From positions 9,417 through 73,416 of the forward strand of contig JAHFFN010000001.1 in NCBI GenBank assembly GCA_023247915.1: a DNA stretch of 64,000 nt, written 5' to 3'. The DNA is from Candidatus Omnitrophota bacterium. Lineage in GTDB: Bacteria > Omnitrophota > Gorgyraeia > 2-02-FULL-51-18. Of this stretch, positions 58,060 to 64,000 are shown in pieces. The position numbers and the translations under genes were made by a program. The first letter of the stretch is position 1. Every line of letters starts with the position of its first letter. The notes beneath the pieces were generated by a model. That model was not told the origin of the DNA and did not search any database. It was given only the letters and a program-made list of their open reading frames with translations.

Positions 58060-58132
58060 TGAGCCGGGCGCGGATCGAACGCGCGACACCTTCCTTAAAA
58101 GGGAAGTGCTCTACCAACTGAGCTACCGGCTC
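58060..58132 (-). tRNA. tRNA-Lys(TTT), no encoded CCA
   Basis: GAGCCGGTAGCTCAGTTGGTAGAGCACTTCCCT-TTT-AAGGAAGGTGTCGCGCGTTCGATCCGCGCCCGGCTCA. Confidence 0.95.
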
Positions 58133-58153
58133 TAAAAATTTTTCGGAGTTATT

Positions 58154-58714
58154 TCAAACCTGGGTGAGCTCTTTTTCCTTCGAGGATTGAGCTTGGTCAA
58201 TGATCTGAATGTACTTATCGGTAAGTTTTTGAATGCTATCCAAAGTTTTTGTCTTTTCATCTTCGGTGATTGCTTTGTCTTTCTCTAAAACTTTAATTCG
58301 CTCATTGGCGTCACGGCGAACAGAGCGCACGGAGACACGGCCTTCTTCGGCAATCTTGTGAAGAATTTTCACTAGTTCCTCACGGCGTTCACGCGTCAGC
58401 GGAGGAATGGATAAACGAATTTGCTTTCCGTCCACAATGGGAGCGATGCCCAGATCGGAGTCCGCGATCGCCTTTTCTATCGGCTTGAGCGCTCCCGCGT
58501 CCCAAGGCGCGATCACAATCAAACGAGGTTCAGGAACCGTGATGCTAGCGATCTGCTTCATCGGTGTCATGGCACCATAATAATCCACGCGCAAATTATC
58601 CACCATACTGCTATTGGCACGACCCGTGCGAATCCCGCCGAGATTTTGATTCAAGGCGTCGATGGACTTTTTCATCTTTTCTTCGCATTCTTTAATGACG
58701 ATTTGTGAGCTCAT
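58154..58714 (-). CDS. frr: ribosome recycling factor
   Basis: IRTGRAN, IPPLTRERR, VRSVRRDAN. Confidence 0.97.
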   Translation of the reverse strand: MSSQIVIKECEEKMKKSIDALNQNLGGIRTGRANSSMVDNLRVDYYGAMTPMKQIASITVPEPRLIVIAPWDAGALKPIEKAIADSDLGIAPIVDGKQIRLSIPPLTRERREELVKILHKIAEEGRVSVRSVRRDANERIKVLEKDKAITEDEKTKTLDSIQKLTDKYIQIIDQAQSSKEKELTQV

Positions 58715-58728
58715 AAAAATTTTAGGCT

Positions 58729-59448
58729 TTAATTAGAAACAACGGTTCCGATGTTTTCCCCGGTCACAGCCCGGCGAATATTACCCTGTTTCAAAAGATC
58801 AAACACGATGATGGGCAAATTATTATCCATGCAAAGGCTGATCGCCGTGGCATCCATCACCTTGAGACTCTTTTTCAAAACTTCCATGTAGCGAATATGC
58901 GTGAAGCGTTTGGCATTCTTCACTTTTTTGGGATCCGCCGAATAAATGCCATCCACCTTGGTGGCTTTTAAAATGACATCCGCGCCCAGTTCAATCGCGC
59001 GAAGTGCCGCGGTCGTATCCGTCGTAAAATAAGGATTTCCGGTACCACCAGCTAAAATGACGATACGGTTTTTTTCCAGATGACGTATCGCGCGGCGGCG
59101 AATGTACGGCTCGGCTAATGCTTCCATGTTGATCGCGGTTTGGACGCGTGTGAAAGCGCCCTTACGCTCAAGCGCGTCTTGAAGCGCCATCGCGTTGATC
59201 ACCGTGGCAAGCATTCCCATGTAATCCGCGGTCGAGCGATCCATGCCGCGGGACGCCGCTTGGAGACCTCTAAAAATATTGCCTCCGCCGATCACGACGG
59301 CTAGTTCCACGCCGAGCGCCTTCACATCAATCAACTGCAGCGCGATCGAATCTACAATTTTAGGATCAATCCCGTAATTGAGACTGCCTTGGAGAGCTTC
59401 CCCGCTGAGCTTTAGAAGCACCCGTTTGTAGGTTTTCGATTTCTTCAT
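58729..59448 (-). CDS. pyrH: UMP kinase
   Basis: [29 protein letters not shown]. Confidence 0.97.
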   Translation of the reverse strand: MKKSKTYKRVLLKLSGEALQGSLNYGIDPKIVDSIALQLIDVKALGVELAVVIGGGNIFRGLQAASRGMDRSTADYMGMLATVINAMALQDALERKGAFTRVQTAINMEALAEPYIRRRAIRHLEKNRIVILAGGTGNPYFTTDTTAALRAIELGADVILKATKVDGIYSADPKKVKNAKRFTHIRYMEVLKKSLKVMDATAISLCMDNNLPIIVFDLLKQGNIRRAVTGENIGTVVSN

Positions 59449-59452
59449 GAAG

Positions 59453-60292
59453 TTAAGCGGCAATCGCCTCGCCTAGTTGAAAACGAACAAAACTTTGAAT
59501 CTTCACCGTTTCGCCTAATTTCTTCGAAGCGTCATCCAATAATTTTTGGACGGACATCTTGTCGTCTTTGATAAACGGCTGTTCCAAAAGACATTGGGTT
59601 TGATAAAATTTATCCAATTTCCCTTGGACAATTTTTTCGAGAATATTTTCGGGTTTCCCCTTCACTTCTTCCCTAAAAACCGCCTTTTCGCGCTCGACAA
59701 TAATGGAAGGCACTTCGGCGCGTGTCAAAGAAATCGGATTGGACGCCGCGATTTGCATCGCGATATTTTTTCCGAGTTCTTCCAAAGCCGGATTCGACGC
59801 CGATTTGGGCGCAACGATTTCAACCAACACACCGAGTTTGTTATTGGAATGAATGTAGGTGAAGAAAACGCCGTCCTTGGTTTCGGCGAGTTTCGCGCGG
59901 CGAACCAGCATTTTCTCGCCGATTTTTCCGGAAAGCTCCGCGATGCGGGCATTTAGTTTTTCAGAACCCAACGCGCTTTCGCCGCCGGCCAAAACTTCGT
60001 CCATCGCCATCCCGGTCAGATTTTTAAAATCATCTGTCCGAGCCACGAAATCGGTTTCGCAATTGGTTTCCACGAGCACCGCTTTTTTGCCATTCACGCG
60101 GGAAGTGATCAAGCCTTCTTTGGCCTCACGGCCGGCGCGCTTGGCGGCAGATGCCATGCCTTTTTTCCGGAGGAAATCAATGGCCTGCTCGATATTTCCA
60201 TTAGTGGCTTGGAGCGCGGCCTTGCAATCCATCATGCCTGCGCCCGTACGATCGCGCAGTTCTTTGACGTGGTCAGCGGAGGCGATGCTCAT
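59453..60292 (-). CDS. tsf: elongation factor Ts
   Basis: [24 protein letters not shown]. Confidence 0.97.
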   Translation of the reverse strand: MSIASADHVKELRDRTGAGMMDCKAALQATNGNIEQAIDFLRKKGMASAAKRAGREAKEGLITSRVNGKKAVLVETNCETDFVARTDDFKNLTGMAMDEVLAGGESALGSEKLNARIAELSGKIGEKMLVRRAKLAETKDGVFFTYIHSNNKLGVLVEIVAPKSASNPALEELGKNIAMQIAASNPISLTRAEVPSIIVEREKAVFREEVKGKPENILEKIVQGKLDKFYQTQCLLEQPFIKDDKMSVQKLLDDASKKLGETVKIQSFVRFQLGEAIAA

Positions 60293-61056
60293 GAATTGCC
60301 TGCCACCACTTCTTCAATGGATTCGTCTTTGTCGGGTTTGACTTCAGAGCGGCTGATTTTTTGCACGCCTTCCAACACGCTATCCACAATGATGGAGGTG
60401 ATTAATTTGATCGAACGAATCGCATCGTCATTGCCGGGAATCGGATACTGAATGCGATCCGGATCGGAATCCGTGTCCACGATGCCGACCACGGGAATTC
60501 CCAAACGATTGGCTTCTTTGACCGCAATATCCTCTTTCTTGGCGTCAATCACGAACATCGCGCCCGGGAGACGAGGCATATCGGTCACGCCTTTTAGATT
60601 TTTTTCAAGCTTCTGGATTTCGGATTCGAGCATTGAAACTTCTTTTTTGGTGAGCGCTTCAAAGGTACCGTCTTCGCGCATCAGAATCAGGCTCTTATAA
60701 CGCTTGATGCTGTTTTTGATGGTCTGATAATTGGTCAACATCCCGCCCAACCAACGATGATTCACATAAAACATGTTGCAGCGTTTGGCTTCAGCTTCAA
60801 TGATAGCCTGGGCTTGGGGTTTGGTACCGACAAAAAGAACCGGGGCGCCTTGAGAGGCGACATCGCGCATAAAGTTACAAGCGCGAGTGATGTGTGCCGC
60901 GGTCTTTTCAAGATCAATGATGTAGATACCGCTTTTTTCCCCAAAAATATATTGTTTCATTTTGGGGTTCCATTTTTTGGTTTGGTGACCGAAATGGACG
61001 CCGGCCTCGAGCAGATTTTGGATTAACTCTTTAGACAAGGTACTCTCCTTCTTCAT
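60289..61056 (-). CDS. rpsB: 30S ribosomal protein S2
   Basis: [30 protein letters not shown]. Confidence 0.98.
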   Translation of the reverse strand: MKKESTLSKELIQNLLEAGVHFGHQTKKWNPKMKQYIFGEKSGIYIIDLEKTAAHITRACNFMRDVASQGAPVLFVGTKPQAQAIIEAEAKRCNMFYVNHRWLGGMLTNYQTIKNSIKRYKSLILMREDGTFEALTKKEVSMLESEIQKLEKNLKGVTDMPRLPGAMFVIDAKKEDIAVKEANRLGIPVVGIVDTDSDPDRIQYPIPGNDDAIRSIKLITSIIVDSVLEGVQKISRSEVKPDKDESIEEVVAGNS

Positions 61057-61211
61057 TTTAAGGAATCACATAAGCCTTTATCTTTAAAAGACTTAGGCAC
61101 GTCTTTCGACGTTCATTCCCGCCCGGATCTAGGATCCGAGCCCCTTCGTTTTAGGCGCTTATAAAGAAGCCACAATGGCTACTAAAAACCGCCTACTTTT
61201 GTAAAGTTAGG

Positions 61212-61239
61212 ATTATACCAGAGATTCAAAGCCAGGCAA
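61212..61239 (-). promoter_or_regulatory. sigma70 promoter of rpsB-tsf, followed by a ~150-nt structured 5' UTR
   Basis: TTGCCT-16 nt-TATAAT with an extended TG. Confidence 0.55.
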
Positions 61240-61259
61240 GGATTTTCGCTTGGAGGCTC

Positions 61260-63077
61260 TTAGATACGAAATTGGAGCTCATAAAGCCGCTTGTAGAGGC
61301 CGTTTTTGGCGAGCAATTCGTCATGGGTGCCGATTTCCGCGATCTGGCTGTTATCGATCACCAAAATACGGTGCGCGTCTTTAATCGTCGACAAACGGTG
61401 GGCAATCACAAGCACGGTGCGCCCTTTCATCAAATTATGAATCGCCTCCTGCACCAAAATTTCAGATTCGGAGTCGAGCGCCGAGGTCGCTTCATCTAAA
61501 ATCAGAAGTGGCGGGTTTTTGAGCACCGCCCGGGCGATGGAAAGGCGCTGTCTCTCTCCTCCGGACAGGCGTACCCCGCGATCCCCAATCATCGTTTGAT
61601 ACTTAAGAGGAAGTTTGCAGATAAATTCATGCGCGTTGGCGATACGAGCGGCTTTTTCAATGTCTTCCTGCGGCGTTTTGGAACGGCCATAAGCGATATT
61701 GGAACTGACCGTGTCATTAAAAAGAACGGTTTCTTGGGTGACAATGCCAATCTGCTCGCGCAAAGACTTGAGCGTCACGTCTTTAATTGGAATCCCATCA
61801 ATCGAGATCACCCCTTCTTGCGGATCATAAAAACGCGGAAGCAAATTCACAAGACTCGTCTTCCCCGCGCCGCTGGGTCCGACAATCGCAACGATCTCAC
61901 CGGCCTTGGCCTTAAAACTGATTTTGGATAAATTAATTTTCTCGCCGTAACTAAACGTCACATTGTCGAATGAAATTTCTTTTTTGAGAGGCGCCAAATT
62001 TTTGGCTTGGGGCTTTTCAACGATGGTGTTAGGCGCGTCCATGATTTCAAAAATACGTTCGGCGGCGGCCATTGCGTGTTGATTAATCCCATGCACCCGG
62101 CTCAAGCGCTTAAACGGCCTTAAAAGTGAAAAAAGCGCCAAGAGAAATGCGATGAAAGCCCCCGGCGACATGTGATTGTCGATGACTTCACGGCCCCCGG
62201 TCCAAAGCACGATCCCTAAGCAGAGAAATCCGATAAATTCCGTCAGCGGCGCCACAATAATCATGCGGCTGATCGAGAGCATCATGGTTTGATAGAGAGA
62301 TTGGTTTTGGCGTTCAAAACGCTGGTTTTCATATTTTTCCATGCCAAACCCCTGAACAATGCGAATACCAGAAATCGATTCAAAAAGTGTCGAGTTGATC
62401 TCCGCCACTTGCTCTTGGCTGGAGCGACTGATTTTTTTGAGACGACGCCCCACGCGGAACACGGGATAAATGACCAGCGGCAATAAAATAAAAATAATAA
62501 AAACAAGTTTCCAGGGAATGTCGAAAATGTATTTGACCGACAAAAGCGCGAAAATATTCATCACAATCTGCACCGGCTGAAAAAGAAAATCCGTAAGCCC
62601 CTCGGAAATCGCGTCACGAATCACCCCCGTGTCATAAGTGATTCTCGACACCAAGGCGCCCGTCTGAGCCTTGGAAAAGAAACTCAAAGGCAGGCTAATA
62701 ATTTTTTGATACACCTGATTGCGCACGTCCCGGATCACGCATTGGCTCACATCATTCATGAGATAAGATTGGAAATATTCAAAAATCAGTCTTAAGAAAG
62801 TGGTGCCAATCGTCCAAAAAATAATTAGATTTAAAAGATCCCAGCGCGGCAACGCGTTTAGGTGATACACGAAATCAACGATAAACGTAGGTAGCTGATC
62901 TTGATGCGGAAGAACGATGGGTTTTCCCGCCAAAATCGTATCAATAAAAGGGATCAGCACGCCGATAATCGGCAGTCCGCTCAAAAGCGAATTCATCACC
63001 ATCGTCACAAATGCCAGATACAACCTCTGCTTATGCGGTCCGACAAAACCGATGAGACGTCGATAATTACTTTTCAT
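61260..63077 (-). CDS. MsbA-like ABC exporter
   Basis: 6 TM helices, GPSGAGKTS, LSGGERQRL, ILDEATSALD. Confidence 0.85.
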   Translation of the reverse strand: MKSNYRRLIGFVGPHKQRLYLAFVTMVMNSLLSGLPIIGVLIPFIDTILAGKPIVLPHQDQLPTFIVDFVYHLNALPRWDLLNLIIFWTIGTTFLRLIFEYFQSYLMNDVSQCVIRDVRNQVYQKIISLPLSFFSKAQTGALVSRITYDTGVIRDAISEGLTDFLFQPVQIVMNIFALLSVKYIFDIPWKLVFIIFILLPLVIYPVFRVGRRLKKISRSSQEQVAEINSTLFESISGIRIVQGFGMEKYENQRFERQNQSLYQTMMLSISRMIIVAPLTEFIGFLCLGIVLWTGGREVIDNHMSPGAFIAFLLALFSLLRPFKRLSRVHGINQHAMAAAERIFEIMDAPNTIVEKPQAKNLAPLKKEISFDNVTFSYGEKINLSKISFKAKAGEIVAIVGPSGAGKTSLVNLLPRFYDPQEGVISIDGIPIKDVTLKSLREQIGIVTQETVLFNDTVSSNIAYGRSKTPQEDIEKAARIANAHEFICKLPLKYQTMIGDRGVRLSGGERQRLSIARAVLKNPPLLILDEATSALDSESEILVQEAIHNLMKGRTVLVIAHRLSTIKDAHRILVIDNSQIAEIGTHDELLAKNGLYKRLYELQFRI

Positions 63078-64000
63078 AAAGCGCGTAGTCTCCCGAACGA
63101 GCTGTTTCGTGTATACCCAGTTCTGTTAATCGAGCGGACATGGGCATCGCCTCTTTATCAAACATCAGACACAAAAAGCGCCCCGGTGGATTTTTAGCGG
63201 CGGAAATCAACGCGTTTTCATCATCCAAATATCTCGTTTGCCTTCCCAAATAAAAATTGGAAGCGGGCGCCTCATGATAGTGATAGAGGTACAGAATGTC
63301 TTGAGCGTTTGTTTTGGACTCAATGGCGGGAGCGATATTTTTAATCGGACGGCTGTAGTCTTGATTAAACACATGCGAATAATGCACATGAAGCGCCAAA
63401 ATACCCAAAAATAATAATTTCACTCCGCCGGAGTATTTTTCATCCAGCAGGCGACCGGAAACATAGGCCACCGATAAGGAAAGCGCCGGGTACGCCGGAA
63501 AAATATACCAGGGGAGCTTGGTTTTCATGAGCGTCACGATAATAAAAATAACGAACATCCACAACGACAGATAAATAATTTCCTCAAGACGATCTTTGAT
63601 CGCCTTAAAAAGAAAAAAGGGCGCCGAAAAAACGCCCACGAGGATCCAAGGATGATATTTATTCACCATAGTGCGAATATAAAAGTAATAGTTCCCCGCG
63701 TGCCCTTCCAATGCCTGAGAACTTCTCAAGAAAAAATGTTTGTAAAGCGCTTCGTCTAAATACGCCTGCCCGTAATGCGCGGCCTGATACCCTGTCCAAC
63801 CGACCGCCATCACTAAAAAAACCCCTAGACCCGCCCAAAAAGCCGGTCGTTTTAAAAGCACCAGCTCGTCCGCCCACCAGGCATAAAATCCGACGATAGG
63901 AAACACAAAAGCAATCGCGAAGCTTTTAGTCAAAAAACCAAATCCCGCCGCCAGCCCGAAAAAAACCAGGTAGCGGTCTTTTTCGCGTCCCAACCAGAAA
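63067..64000 (-). CDS. ArnT/GT39-family membrane glycosyltransferase, N-terminus outside the window
   Basis: GFLTK, EGH...YYFY, TKLPWYIFPAYPAL. Confidence 0.8.
   Translation of the reverse strand, partial: FWLGREKDRYLVFFGLAAGFGFLTKSFAIAFVFPIVGFYAWWADELVLLKRPAFWAGLGVFLVMAVGWTGYQAAHYGQAYLDEALYKHFFLRSSQALEGHAGNYYFYIRTMVNKYHPWILVGVFSAPFFLFKAIKDRLEEIIYLSLWMFVIFIIVTLMKTKLPWYIFPAYPALSLSVAYVSGRLLDEKYSGGVKLLFLGILALHVHYSHVFNQDYSRPIKNIAPAIESKTNAQDILYLYHYHEAPASNFYLGRQTRYLDDENALISAAKNPPGRFLCLMFDKEAMPMSARLTELGIHETARSGDYALYEK

Noticed and set aside
1-64000. CRISPR array, rRNA, transposase or additional lasso precursors
   Set aside because: No regularly spaced repeats or such genes were seen by eye, and no other intergenic gap showed a YxxPxL...T peptide.

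Overview
A gene-dense bacterial chromosomal segment, mostly minus-strand. It comes from a diderm (Wza, MsbA-like exporter, beta-barrel porin); the taxonomy cannot be fixed from sequence alone, and Omnitrophota/PVC is only an impression. Three blocks are visible. (1) ~1.7-36.5 kb: a cell-surface glycosylation locus (Wza/Wzc, five GT-C membrane glycosyltransferases, three Dpm1-like GT2s, three SGNH proteins, NDP-sugar enzymes). A complete lasso-type RiPP pathway is interleaved in it: cyclase, B2 protease, stand-alone RRE, HPr-kinase-like kinase, nucleotidyltransferase, ABC exporter and two 2OG-Fe(II) oxygenase-RRE fusions. It also has a 51-aa precursor (9856-10011) missing from the ORF track, with a predicted core KGTRTNDAASRAAT. 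(2) ~38.4-57 kb: an assimilatory nitrate/nitrite reduction, nitrate ABC transport and Moco biosynthesis cluster with a GAF-ANTAR regulator and three ANTAR-type hairpin leaders. (3) serS, four tRNAs and rpsB-tsf-pyrH-frr. In addition, a family of structured non-coding elements (3 copies) lies just 3' of the three CCA-less tRNAs. The copies share a covarying core, but their terminal inverted repeats copy the 3' end of whichever tRNA they follow.
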